Source of the DNA: an uncultured Nitrososphaerota archaeon
GTDB taxonomy: Archaea > Thermoproteota > Nitrososphaeria > Nitrososphaerales > Gagatemarchaeaceae
Direction of reading: 5' to 3'
NCBI GenBank assembly: GCA_963703285.1
Contig: OY969807.1
Span: 608,001 to 672,000 of the forward strand
DNA: 64,000 nt
Under the pieces are notes generated by a model. It ran no database searches. It saw only the letters and a list, made by a program, of their open reading frames with translations, and had not been told where the DNA came from. Positions 38,677 through 48,673 of the stretch are shown here, piece by piece (within the stretch, counting starts at the first letter, position 1; each line of letters starts with the position of its first letter). A program made the translations under genes and the position numbers.

Positions 38677-39174
38677 ATGGACATTATTATCCTGAGGCAC
38701 GGCGAGGCCGGCAACCGGATGACGCCCCAGTCCCGGGACTCCGAACGCGCTCTGACCGTCTCCGGGAGGGAGGAGGTTCAGGACGTCTCGAAGGGGCTCG
38801 CAGGGCTCAAGCTCGAGGTCACCAACGTCATCACGAGCCCGCTCTCCCGGTCGAAGGAGACGGCCGAGATCGCGGCCAAGGTCCTTCACCGTCAGGACCT
38901 CGTCGAAGTCTGGGACGAGCTCAAGCCGGAGGGGGAGACGTCCGCGCTCTTCCGGAGGCTCTCCAAGCTCAAGGAGGAATCGGTCGTCCTCCTCGTCGGG
39001 CACGAGCCGTACCTGAGCGGCATGATGGGCGAGCTGATCGCGGGTAGCGGGCAGACGAGGATCGTACTGAAGAAGGCAGGGGCGGCGAGGATCGAGGTCA
39101 CCTCCTTCACGCCAAAGCCGTCCGGGGAGCTGAGATGGCTGATGACCCCGCGGCAGCTGAAGAAGCTGGCGTGA
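38677..39174 (+). CDS. sixA: Phosphohistidine phosphatase SixA
   Basis: LRHGEA, SPLSRSKETA, LVGHEP, LKKAG. Confidence 0.93.
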   Translation: MDIIILRHGEAGNRMTPQSRDSERALTVSGREEVQDVSKGLAGLKLEVTNVITSPLSRSKETAEIAAKVLHRQDLVEVWDELKPEGETSALFRRLSKLKEESVVLLVGHEPYLSGMMGELIAGSGQTRIVLKKAGAARIEVTSFTPKPSGELRWLMTPRQLKKLA

Positions 39175-39212
39175 GAGAACGGATATAGTCACTAGAGAGT
39201 GAGACACCACCC

Positions 39213-40722
39213 GTGAGGGCCTCAGTAATCGACCTCGGGTACAACTCGCTGAAGATGGTGAGCTACGACATCAGGCCCGACGCGACCTTCAGGGCCTACG
39301 ACCAGAAAGGCAGCCTCACGCGTCTGGGCGAAGGACTGCACCAGACCGGCTTCCTCGGCCAGGACGCCATGGACCGGACGCTCCACCAGCTCGAGCTTCT
39401 GAGGGAGGTGAACCGCCTCACCGGGGTCGACCACGTCCTGGCCATAGCTACCTCGCCGGTCCGGGAGGCCGCGAACGGACCGTCCTTCCAGGCCGAGGCG
39501 GAATCGCTCCTCGGCCTCAGGTTCAAGGTGCTCTCGGGCAAGGAGGAGGCGCTCTACTCGTACATCGGGGCGGCGCGGGCGACGCGGCTCTCGGACGTTC
39601 TCTTCTTCGACCTGGGCGGCGGCTCCCTCGAGTTCACCTACGCCAGGGGCTTCAGGATCCGGAAGATACTCTCGCTCCCCATCGGCGCCCTCCGGATGAC
39701 AGAGCTCTTCGGCCGACCGGGGCAGCGGTTCTCTAAGAAGGAGTACGACAGGATGAGGAGGAGGATAGCCGAACTCCTGCCGACCAGGGAAGAGTTCGGG
39801 ATCAACGAGGGCACCGCGCTCATGGGCGTGGGCGGGACCATCCGCGCCTTGGCCAAGTACGACCAGTGGCTGAGGGACTATCCCCTGTACAAGCTCCACA
39901 ACTACCGCATCCGTCGCAAGTCGGTCGGGGCGATGAACAAGAGGCTCCGGAAGATGAACCCGCGGAAGATAGCCGGGGTGGATGCTCTGGGGCGCGACAG
40001 GGCGGAGAGCGTCACCGCCGGAGCCCTGGTGATCTCGACGATGATGAACAGGCTGAAGTTCGACGAGGTCGTGGTGAGCACCCACGGGCTCAGGGACGGG
40101 GTCCTCGTCGAGTACCTCCGAGACAAATCGAGGTACTTCGCCGAGGGGTTCGACGAGCACAAGGCGAACGCCTCCCTCGCGTCCTGGAGGGCCAGGGAGA
40201 AGAGGACCGAGGCGCTGAGCGACGCGCTCGGCGTCCAGGCGACTCCTGAGCCTTCGGGAGAAGCTCATCCTCGACGAGGCGGTGGGGTCGTTCCTCGACA
40301 TCTACCTCAAGACCCGAGCCGAGAGCCTCTTCTACACGATACTCAGCGAGGACAGCTACCTGGACCACAGGGATCAGGTCGCGCTCGCCCTCGCGCTCCT
40401 CCGTGCGAAGGCCCCGAAGACCGCCAACTGGTTCTATGCACGCTACGAGTCGGTCCTCAAGGACGTGGGGAGGGACACGGTGGAGAGGCTGGCGGCGTTC
40501 ATCGAGCTGGAGGGGGTCCTCGAGCTGACGGGTTCGTCCGCCCGCGTCAGGATGCGGGACGGCGTCCTGAGGTTCGAGATAGCGACCTCGAAGGCGGACT
40601 TCCCTGCTCTGCTCCTCGAGAAGGCGGCGAGGGAGCTCGAGGACGCCACCGGCAGGATCGTCAAGACGGCCGTGCGCCAGAGACTGGAGCGGGAACAGGT
40701 CGTCCCGGTTCCGGGGCGATAG
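39213..40722 (+). CDS. ppx: Exopolyphosphatase Ppx/GppA family, with +1 frameshift at ~40230
   Basis: IDLGYNS, ATSPVREAANG, SGKEEA, DLGGGSLE, GLRDG. Deleting one G at 40230/40231 joins DAL to ASRRLLSLREKL and the 40282-40722 frame. Confidence 0.88.
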
Positions 40723-40724
40723 CG

Positions 40725-41429
40725 TTGGCCGAGAGGAGCAAGCCGAAGGAGGAGCCGCCCGGCCGGCTCATAGTCGTCGAGGGGATCGACGGCTCCGGCA
40801 AGTCTACGCAGCTGCACCTCCTGGACCAGTGGCTCCGCCACCTCGGGGTCCGCGTCTTCCAGACGGAGTGGAACTCCTCGGACGTCGTGAAGGAGATAAC
40901 ATCGAAGGGCAAGAAGAAGGCCCTCCTGACACCCACGACGTTCAGCCTCCTCCACGCCACCGACTTCGCCGACAGGTACGAGAGGAACATCGCCCCCCTC
41001 CTCCGTTCGGGTTACTTCGTCCTCGCAGACCGATACATCTACACCGCCTACGCGAGGGACGTGGTCCGCGGTTGCAACCCTCGATGGGTGCGAAGGGTCT
41101 ACAGCTTCGCGGCCAGGCCCGACCTGGCCTTCTACTACCACGTCCCTGTCGAGGTGGCCGTGAAGCGCATCCTGACGGGAAGGCCCAAGCTCAAGTACTA
41201 CGAGGCGGGGATGGACCTCAACCTGAGCAACGACGAGTACGAGTCCTACCGGATATTCCAGTCACGGATCATCGAGGAGTACAAGGCCATGGCGCCCACC
41301 GAGGGGTTCCGGGTGATGGACGGGTCCCTGGACATCGAGATGCAACAGGACCTCATGAGGAAGCAGGTCCTCGAGCTGCTCCCGCCAGGTCCCAGGGCCG
41401 CCGCGGTGAAGGAGCTCGCTGGGACATGA
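40725..41429 (+). CDS. Thymidylate-kinase-like protein 1 (probable PPK3 subunit)
   Basis: VEGIDGSGKSTQ, LADRY; TTG start just after the ppx stop. The ORF track fuses it to ppx only because of the frameshift. Confidence 0.88.
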   Translation: MAERSKPKEEPPGRLIVVEGIDGSGKSTQLHLLDQWLRHLGVRVFQTEWNSSDVVKEITSKGKKKALLTPTTFSLLHATDFADRYERNIAPLLRSGYFVLADRYIYTAYARDVVRGCNPRWVRRVYSFAARPDLAFYYHVPVEVAVKRILTGRPKLKYYEAGMDLNLSNDEYESYRIFQSRIIEEYKAMAPTEGFRVMDGSLDIEMQQDLMRKQVLELLPPGPRAAAVKELAGT

Positions 41430-42148
41430 GCGCCGTGAAGAGGCCGCTCGCTCCGAGGCCCCTGACCTTCTACGGAGACGGCATACCCTACCTTAGGGGC
41501 ACCGAGGTCAAGGGAAGGCTGATTGTGATAGAGGGCCCTGATGGCTCCGGCCGTTCGACGCAGGTGGACCTGATCACGGCGAAGCTCGAGGCGGACGGCC
41601 ACGCCGTCGCGACGACCGGACTCAAGAGGTCGGAGCTGATAGGCAAGGGGATCCTTATGGCGAAGCAGAAGCTCCCGCTGGGGAAGAAGACACTGACGCT
41701 ATTCTATGCGGCCGACTTTGCCGACCAGCTCGAGCACAAGATCATGCCTGCGCTCGAGGCGGGGTACATCGTCCTGGCGGACCGCTACATCTACACGCTG
41801 ATCGCGAGGAGCATCGTGAGGGGCACAAGCAGGAAGTGGTCGCACGACCTCTTCGGGTTCACGATCAAGCCCGACCTCGTATTCTACCTCGACGTCGACC
41901 CGAGGGAACTCTTCCATCGCGTCTTCCAGAAATACTCCGGGCTAGACTACTACGAGTCCGGCGCCGACCTGGGCCTCTCCGACGACCTCTACGACTCCTT
42001 CGTGATCTACCAGAGGATGATGGCGAAGGAGTTCATCCGGATGGAGAAGAGGTACGGTCTCGTCCCCATAGACGCGAACCGGACCATAGCCGAGGTCAAC
42101 TCAGACCTACAGGGCAGGATAGAAAGGTTCCTCCATGAAGGAAAGTAG
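41426..42148 (+). CDS. Thymidylate-kinase-like protein 2 (probable PPK3 subunit)
   Basis: IEGPDGSGRSTQ (P-loop Lys to Arg), LADRY, YYESGADL; ATGA overlap with the previous gene. Confidence 0.88.
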   Translation: MSAVKRPLAPRPLTFYGDGIPYLRGTEVKGRLIVIEGPDGSGRSTQVDLITAKLEADGHAVATTGLKRSELIGKGILMAKQKLPLGKKTLTLFYAADFADQLEHKIMPALEAGYIVLADRYIYTLIARSIVRGTSRKWSHDLFGFTIKPDLVFYLDVDPRELFHRVFQKYSGLDYYESGADLGLSDDLYDSFVIYQRMMAKEFIRMEKRYGLVPIDANRTIAEVNSDLQGRIERFLHEGK

Positions 42149-42968
42149 CCCCTTCGCCGTCCACTTCCTGGACGAGTACGGCAGGATTAGCGACCGCGCC
42201 AACAAGTCTCTCAGGGAGTACCTGGGAGACCCCGGGACATCTCAGACGCACAGCCTCCGGTCGTCGGTCAGGCGGCTCGACGCGGCGATAAAGGTGCTGC
42301 CGAAGAGCACGAAGAGGGTGAAGGAGGTCAGGCGGTGCCATGAGAGGTGCAGGGCGCTCCTCAGGGGGACCTCGCGCATCAGGGACATCGACGTGCTGCA
42401 CGCCAGGCTCTCCCGACCGCCCGGCGACGAGACGGTGACGCTCGTGCTGAACAACCTGATGGAGGAGAGGGGAGAGTACGTCGGCGACTCGACCGAGGCC
42501 GCCTGGAAGCTCTTCGAGCACCATCCTCCCAAGCTCGCCAGGAGGGACCTCCCGAGGCTCGCCCGCCGGATGGAGGGCGTGCTCCGCCGGCTCGAGGAAG
42601 AGATCGGGGAGGGGCTCGAGGTCTGCCTGAAGGACGAGGCGAAGATCGACGCGCTCCACGGCGTCCGCAAGGACTGCAAGCGTCTGAGGTACACCCTCGA
42701 GCTGACGCCTCCCGGCGCGCGGAGCGCTGCGGTCCTCCCGGTGTTGCGGAGGTGGCTGGACATCCTCGGAGAGATCCGAGATTGCGACGTGACGATAGAC
42801 TACCTGAAGCGGGCCAAGCAGTCGGCGGCTGTCGGGACGATCCTGGCCCAGGAGAGAGCCCAGCGGCATGCGAAGTATCTCTCCTTCGTCCGCCTCTGCA
42901 GGGGGACGCGCCAGAACCTCGCTGCCTTCCCCCTCCGCGTGGTTGCGCTCCCGGCGCCGCTCAGGTAA
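42135..42968 (+). CDS. CHAD domain polyphosphate-binding protein
   Basis: HSLRSSVRR, RDIDV, LHGVRKDCKRLRY, LGEIRDCDV. Confidence 0.92.
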   Translation: MKESSPFAVHFLDEYGRISDRANKSLREYLGDPGTSQTHSLRSSVRRLDAAIKVLPKSTKRVKEVRRCHERCRALLRGTSRIRDIDVLHARLSRPPGDETVTLVLNNLMEERGEYVGDSTEAAWKLFEHHPPKLARRDLPRLARRMEGVLRRLEEEIGEGLEVCLKDEAKIDALHGVRKDCKRLRYTLELTPPGARSAAVLPVLRRWLDILGEIRDCDVTIDYLKRAKQSAAVGTILAQERAQRHAKYLSFVRLCRGTRQNLAAFPLRVVALPAPLR

Positions 42969-44433
42969 GGATGGAGAGCTTGAGCACCGGACGGCCCGAA
43001 GAGACGTCGCAATCGACCGAGTAGAGGTTGGTGTACGGCTTGACCCCCTGGAACATCAGCAGGCCGTACTTCTTCGTCAGCCTGAAGTGCCAGTCGACCA
43101 TCCCGAGCACCTTCCCCAGCAGCCCGAACGTCGGCTTCGCTATGCCCAGGGTTATGTCGCCCGAGACCCTCGTCCTCGCCACCGCCTGGCCTACCTCGTT
43201 GAGCAGCCTGTCCGGGAATCTCGCATAGCTGGCCTCCAGGCTGTCGTAGCCCATGTTCCGCAGCACGGGCTGGTTCCTCGTCCTCGACTTCAGCTCCTTG
43301 TAGGCAGAATAGAAGGTCTCCGAGCTCTTTGCCAGCTCCTCCTCGTCCCCCGCCCCCTCTTGGAAGATGCTGGGCACCATGTAGGGCGGCATCCTCGAAG
43401 AAGCGCGCTTCCCCGGCTCCTGCTGCTCCTGGATGCGGACGTACTTCGAGAAAAGCTCCTTCGCGAGAAACGGGGACCAGTACCTCTTGACCTCGCTGGC
43501 AGAGACTCCTTCCGTCGGGACGACTATGACGCCCCTCTTCTGGCTGATGAAGTTCAGCGCGAGGGACCGGGTGAACAGCCTCAGCTCCTTTATCGTAACT
43601 TCGATGGCCGACTCGAGGACGGCGTAGGTACCCCTCGGGAGCCCCCCTCCCAGGACGGCATCGAGGTCCAGCGAGCCCGTCGAGATCAGGTCGCCCGAGT
43701 CGGGTATCGGAACCCACTTCTTCGCCCTCGGGGGCTCCTTCAGTTCGGTGGTCAGCACCCTGAACCCGGCGTCGATGGTGTAGATAGCCGCCCTTGTGTT
43801 GAGCTTCGTTCCGCGCATCTTCCGGATTTCCAGCTCCCTGGGCGTGGTGAGCTTCAGGTTCAGGACGCCGTCCGCGACGAACTCCTCCGCCCCGTCGGAC
43901 AGGCGCTCCTGTCCCGTCGGCTGTTCTCCGATGACTATCGTGGTGCACCCCAGGTTCCTTACTATCTTGCTTAGCACCGTGTGCAGGACCTGCCGTCCCT
44001 CGTACTGTCCGCCCATCGCCTGGGACATCGCCGAGTATGAGTCGATCACGAGCCTCTTCGTCTGGAACCTCCTGACCGCCTCGAGGATGTCCCCAGTCAC
44101 CTTCCCCATGCCGCCGCCGGTAGCGCTGAACATCTCGAGAAAGCGGAACCGCCCGTCTTTCTCGATGGGTTCGAAGTCTAGGCCTACCGTGCGCATGTTC
44201 TCCATGAAACTCCGCCTCCCCTCCGCGAACGACACGTAGATGCCGTTCTCCTTGTCGACCACGGCACCGTGAAAGAGGAACTCGGCCGAGAGTATCGTCT
44301 TGCCGGTCCCCGGGTTCCCTGAGATCAGGATGAGGCTGCCCCTGGGGAAGCCACCGCTCAGGAAGTAGTCCAGCTTCGAGTTGCCCGTGGACGCACGGGC
44401 GATCCCGCCGTCACTGCCTTCAGCCGGTCCCAT
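42961..44433 (-). CDS. Two-domain KaiC/GvpD-like ATPase
   Basis: First domain GNPGTGKT, LVIDS, IRKMRG. Second domain ISTGSLDLDAVLGGG with degenerate P-loop. Confidence 0.88.
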   Translation of the reverse strand: MGPAEGSDGGIARASTGNSKLDYFLSGGFPRGSLILISGNPGTGKTILSAEFLFHGAVVDKENGIYVSFAEGRRSFMENMRTVGLDFEPIEKDGRFRFLEMFSATGGGMGKVTGDILEAVRRFQTKRLVIDSYSAMSQAMGGQYEGRQVLHTVLSKIVRNLGCTTIVIGEQPTGQERLSDGAEEFVADGVLNLKLTTPRELEIRKMRGTKLNTRAAIYTIDAGFRVLTTELKEPPRAKKWVPIPDSGDLISTGSLDLDAVLGGGLPRGTYAVLESAIEVTIKELRLFTRSLALNFISQKRGVIVVPTEGVSASEVKRYWSPFLAKELFSKYVRIQEQQEPGKRASSRMPPYMVPSIFQEGAGDEEELAKSSETFYSAYKELKSRTRNQPVLRNMGYDSLEASYARFPDRLLNEVGQAVARTRVSGDITLGIAKPTFGLLGKVLGMVDWHFRLTKKYGLLMFQGVKPYTNLYSVDCDVSSGRPVLKLSILT

Positions 44434-44574
44434 CGAGAACGTTCTGCGCAGAATCACTATTTAACATGTCGAACGCATCGCAGGGAACTCGCGCCGACAA
44501 TCCGCGGGAGCCGCACAGCAAGCGGTCGATGCGGCATCAACCGTTATATCTGGCCGGTCGAGGAGCCCGGGTCC

Positions 44575-44769
44575 ATGCCTCGAGAGATCCTCAGCAAGGA
44601 GGAGTTCCAGAGACTTCTCCCGTCGGCCACAGAGATCAGGGTGGTCAGGAAGGGCGACTCGACCAAGGTCAAGCTGAGGACGGCCAGCCACCTCTACACC
44701 TACAAGACGACCGAGGACGAGGTGGATGCGCTCACGAAGGGGTCGAAGACGCCCGTCGTCGAGTTCTAG
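44575..44769 (+). CDS. rpl38e: Ribosomal protein eL38-like
   Basis: MPREI...EF; KVKLRT..HLYT matches the eL38 pattern. Confidence 0.75.
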   Translation: MPREILSKEEFQRLLPSATEIRVVRKGDSTKVKLRTASHLYTYKTTEDEVDALTKGSKTPVVEF

Positions 44770-45602
44770 ACGAATATCAAGACCAGGAGGGTGCCCAACC
44801 CGAGGGCCATCGGGATCGGGAGACCGGGGAGCAGCTTCGACTTGGAGAGCAGGTAGAGTGTGATCACCACGCCGACGTCGACGGCGACGAGCGTGTAGAC
44901 AGCGTAGTAGAGGCTGAACTGGAAGAAGGCGAGCGCAGGAAGCATGGAGTAGAATATCGTGTCCCCCGTCCCGATCGAGAACTCGCCGAGCTGGGAGGTC
45001 ACGGCGGTCATCACCTCGTTGGGTGCTACCTTGACGAGCTGTTTCAGCGGGCCAGCGAAGACCGCGTAGAGGTCGTAGATCGAGAAGACCAGGGGCAGGA
45101 TGAGAGCGGTGTAGAGGGGGATGGCGGAGGCGAAGTAGCTCCCGACCTCCGCCGAGAGCAGGCCGGTGACCACGGGGGCGAGTATCAGCATGCTCTTCAT
45201 CCGGACGCTGAGCGCGAACATTGCCACCGCCCCGACCGAGACGGCGGCCGAGAGGACTAGCGACGGGGTGGAGGGCATGTAGTTCGCCGTCGCGTCCACA
45301 GCCGTCAGGAACGTCAGGAGGAAGAGCGCCAGGGAGGTGCCGAAGTAGACTATCGACGTGAAGACCCTCGTCTTCCGGTTCCTGATCAGCCAGACCGCGA
45401 CTATTGTCGTCGCGAAGACGGCCAGGACGAGGATCAGCGCGTTCGAGAGGGACCCGAAGGACGATGTCCCCGCGGGAGCGTAGGAGCCTCCGACCTCGCC
45501 GGCGATGGGCATGTTCAGGTACGTGATGAAGAGGGCGGCGACCTGGACCACCACGATGAAGCCCAAGGTCAGGGCTATGCCCCTGGAGTTGACGGTCGCC
45601 AT
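44766..45602 (-). CDS. Presenilin/signal peptide peptidase family GxGD protease
   Basis: YDLYAVF, IGTGD, PGLP; multiple TM segments. Confidence 0.92.
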   Translation of the reverse strand: MATVNSRGIALTLGFIVVVQVAALFITYLNMPIAGEVGGSYAPAGTSSFGSLSNALILVLAVFATTIVAVWLIRNRKTRVFTSIVYFGTSLALFLLTFLTAVDATANYMPSTPSLVLSAAVSVGAVAMFALSVRMKSMLILAPVVTGLLSAEVGSYFASAIPLYTALILPLVFSIYDLYAVFAGPLKQLVKVAPNEVMTAVTSQLGEFSIGTGDTIFYSMLPALAFFQFSLYYAVYTLVAVDVGVVITLYLLSKSKLLPGLPIPMALGLGTLLVLIFV

Positions 45603-45625
45603 GTCCGAATCCGGACCCAGGGAGG

Positions 45626-46885
45626 TTACACCGTGTATATCTCGCTAGCCTTCGGCGCCACGGTCTCCACGCCGAGCTCGCTGTGCAGCTCCGTGGCGAG
45701 CTGCACGCAGGACTCCTCCTCTCCGTGGACCGTCATGAACTTCGGCGACCCGCCTATGCCCCTCAGATCCGACAAAAGGGTGGACCTCCCGCTGTGCGAG
45801 GAGAAGTCGAACTTCCTGACCTCGGCCCTCACCTTCGTCGGCTTGCCGTTGATCAGCGTCAGCCCGCGGTCGAGGAGCGTCCGGCCCGGCGTGCCGGGTA
45901 CCTGGAAGCTCACGAGCGAGATGCCGTTCTTCTCCTTCTGCGAGAGGTGCTCGTTGTAGTAGATCGAGGCGCCCCCGACGAGCATGCCCGCCGGCGAGAT
46001 GATGACCCCCGGCTTCCGGATGAAGTTCTTCCTCTGGGACCAGCCCGTGATCTGCTCGAGGTTCTCCATCGTCCGGCGGAATAGGGCCGCGTCGCGGATG
46101 TACTCCTGATACCGCATGATGATCTCGTTGACCTTGAGGGCCATCCCGTCCATCGCGATCGGGTGCTTGAACCCGTGGCGGTACAGCGTCATGGCGAGCT
46201 CCTGCGCCCTCCCCACCGAGAAGGCGGGCGCCAGAAGGACGCCTCCCCTCTCGACGACCTCGTTGGCGTAGTCGACGAACTCCCTCTCTACCTTCTGCCT
46301 CTCGGGGTGTTCAGCCGTCGCGTAGGTGCTCTCCGTGATCACCATGTCGGCCTCGCCGAGGGACTTGAAGGACGGATTGAGCAACTCTGTCTCGGCGCCG
46401 TTGATGTCACCTGTGTAGATCAGCCTCTTGGAGCCGGCCTCCACCGCGGTGATGCAGGACCCGGGAATGTGCCCGGCGTCGTAGAACGTCACCGTCATCT
46501 CCCCTATCTGGAAGCTCTCCTTGTAGTGGTGGTTGACGGTGCTCTTCTCCATGGCGAGGAGGTCTAGGTACTCGAACGGGAGGTACGGGCCCGAGATCTT
46601 GATGAAGTCGTTGACGAGGAGACTCGAGAGCTCCGACGTGACAGGTGTCGCGTGCATCTTCACCTTGTCACCGCCGATGAAGAACATCGGCGCCGCACCG
46701 CTGTGGTCAAGGTGGGCGTGGCTGAGGACCAGGCCATCGACGCTCTTCGGCTGCACGTGGACCGGGAAGCCCGGTTCCTTCGTCGTCATAGCGCCGTAGT
46801 CGAGCAGGATGTTCGTGTTGCCGTGCGATATCAAGAAGCCCGACCGTCCGACCTGGCGGGCCGCTCCTAGGACTTTAACTTGCAT
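45626..46885 (-). CDS. Beta-CASP metallo-beta-lactamase ribonuclease (aCPSF2-like)
   Basis: SHAHLDHSG, AGHIPGS, YTGD, ESTY, FSSH, VHGE. Confidence 0.93.
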   Translation of the reverse strand: MQVKVLGAARQVGRSGFLISHGNTNILLDYGAMTTKEPGFPVHVQPKSVDGLVLSHAHLDHSGAAPMFFIGGDKVKMHATPVTSELSSLLVNDFIKISGPYLPFEYLDLLAMEKSTVNHHYKESFQIGEMTVTFYDAGHIPGSCITAVEAGSKRLIYTGDINGAETELLNPSFKSLGEADMVITESTYATAEHPERQKVEREFVDYANEVVERGGVLLAPAFSVGRAQELAMTLYRHGFKHPIAMDGMALKVNEIIMRYQEYIRDAALFRRTMENLEQITGWSQRKNFIRKPGVIISPAGMLVGGASIYYNEHLSQKEKNGISLVSFQVPGTPGRTLLDRGLTLINGKPTKVRAEVRKFDFSSHSGRSTLLSDLRGIGGSPKFMTVHGEEESCVQLATELHSELGVETVAPKASEIYTV

Positions 46886-47042
46886 AACTCTAAGCTTGGA
46901 TTTCGGGCCCGACGGCCATTCTTTAAGTGTTTAGCGGCATCTTTCTGACCGGGAATTATGGTATGAATTCGGAGAATGTTTGCGCGCTGAGAATAGAACT
47001 GGCAATAATGAATATATACGAAATGCCGCGCTCGGCCCCCGG

Positions 47043-48626
47043 ATGTCTGAGCAACCCAGGACCGTGTTCGCCCGCGAGGCCACCGGCCTCGTGCGAGCCC
47101 TCGGAGCCAGGGACATCTTTGTCTGGACCATCGTGTTCTTTCCCTTCTTCTCATCGTGGGTGGGGAACTTCTGGTACACGCCGAGCCTCGTCGACCACGT
47201 GAACTACTACATCTCTCTGGGCCTCTGGGTCGTCCTCTTCTGCCTGATCCCTCCATTCGTCTGGTGGATGCTCACCGCCGTGATGCCCAGGACCGGCGGC
47301 GACTACGTCTTCGCGTCCAGGGGTCTGCATCCCTCGCTCGGCTTCGCGGCGAGCCTCGGGATAACCTTCTCCGTCGGCCTCACGGCCGTTGGGTCGGCTC
47401 CCCTCTTCGCCCTCGCCCTAGGTTCCGCGCAGTTTGCGACGGCGGGGCAGGTCGCGAGCAACTCCGCGGCGACGAACCTGGGGGGCTTCCTAAACCCGTT
47501 CGTCACCGGGTCTGCCGAGAGCACGGTCTGGGTCCTCGGCATCATCATTCTCGCCTTCGGCGCAATCTTCGCCGCAGTCGGCACGCGCTTCTTCAACAAG
47601 GTGATGTGGGTGATATTCGCGGTCGGCCTGCTCGGACTCGCGATCGAACTTCCCATCCTTCTCACGACATCGAAGGCCGCCTTTGACGCCGGGTTCGCCA
47701 CCTACAACACGGGCGGAGTCTCGGCCGTCTTCGCGACCGCAGCGGGCGACCATTACATCACGGGAACGACCCTGGTCGCGTCCGTCGCCGCCGTCCCGCT
47801 GCTGTTCATCAACTTCGGCCCCTACTACCTGATGTACAACGTCGCCGGAGAGGTGAAGAACGCGAGGAACAGCTTCCTCTATGGCGCGTGGGGTGCCATC
47901 CTGCTCTCGGCAGCGATCGCCTTCCTGCTGACGTTCCTGCTGGACCGCGTGGTGGGCCTGGACTTCGTCGAGGCCTACACGGTAGCGAACAACTACTCCG
48001 CGCCGGTGGTGAGCGCGTTGCTAGCCTACGCCGTCCCGAACCTCACCGTCAACGTCCTCCTGGCGATTGTGCTGCTAGTCTCAAACATAGGCTTCGGGTT
48101 CCTGGGGTTCATGTTCCTGAGCAGGCCGATGCTCGCCTGGTCCTTCGACAGGATTCTCCCATCGAAGCTGTCCCTGGTCAACAGCAGGTTCGCCTCTCCG
48201 GTGGTGGCCATTGCGGTCACGCTCGTTCTCGCCGCCAGCGGCTGGACGCTCGAGCTCTACACGACCTACGCCGGCGTGATCCTCGACAGCCTCCTGATCA
48301 AGTTCGTCGGGTGGGGCATAGTCAGCGTCGCGGCCATGGCTATACCCTTCAGGCAGAAGAAGCTCTTCGAAGACTCGGGCGTGAACTTCAAGATCGGCGG
48401 ACTCCCCGTCCTGACCCTGGCCGGCTTCGCCTCGTTCCTCGTCTTCGGCTACTTCGTTGTGAACTCCGTCACCACGAAGGTCTTCTACACCCCGACCACG
48501 GACCAGGGCGCCTTCCTGATAATCCTCTTCGGCGGTGCGATAATCTACTACTTCCTGGCGAAGTTCTATCGCAGGTCCCAGGGAATCGACCTCTCGATGG
48601 CTTTCAAGGAACTCCCTCCGGAGTAG
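47043..48626 (+). CDS. APC family amino-acid permease
   Basis: FAREATGLVR, MPRTGGDYV, AGEVKN, AWSFDRILP; about 12-14 TM. Confidence 0.92.
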   Translation: MSEQPRTVFAREATGLVRALGARDIFVWTIVFFPFFSSWVGNFWYTPSLVDHVNYYISLGLWVVLFCLIPPFVWWMLTAVMPRTGGDYVFASRGLHPSLGFAASLGITFSVGLTAVGSAPLFALALGSAQFATAGQVASNSAATNLGGFLNPFVTGSAESTVWVLGIIILAFGAIFAAVGTRFFNKVMWVIFAVGLLGLAIELPILLTTSKAAFDAGFATYNTGGVSAVFATAAGDHYITGTTLVASVAAVPLLFINFGPYYLMYNVAGEVKNARNSFLYGAWGAILLSAAIAFLLTFLLDRVVGLDFVEAYTVANNYSAPVVSALLAYAVPNLTVNVLLAIVLLVSNIGFGFLGFMFLSRPMLAWSFDRILPSKLSLVNSRFASPVVAIAVTLVLAASGWTLELYTTYAGVILDSLLIKFVGWGIVSVAAMAIPFRQKKLFEDSGVNFKIGGLPVLTLAGFASFLVFGYFVVNSVTTKVFYTPTTDQGAFLIILFGGAIIYYFLAKFYRRSQGIDLSMAFKELPPE

Positions 48627-48673
48627 CCTCCGGGAGAGGCACAAGGGTCCCGCGGAGGACGGCTCGCCGGTCT

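Noticed and set aside
39213-41429. 738-aa Ppx-thymidylate kinase fusion in the ORF track
   Set aside because: The middle ~165 aa are out-of-frame sequence. One-base removal at 40230 restores a normal Ppx C-terminus and a separate kinase gene.
44766-45602. GxGD protease as the missing prepilin peptidase
   Set aside because: Its motifs (YD, GxGD, PGLP) are presenilin/SPP type rather than PibD/FlaK, and it is unlinked to the pilus locus.
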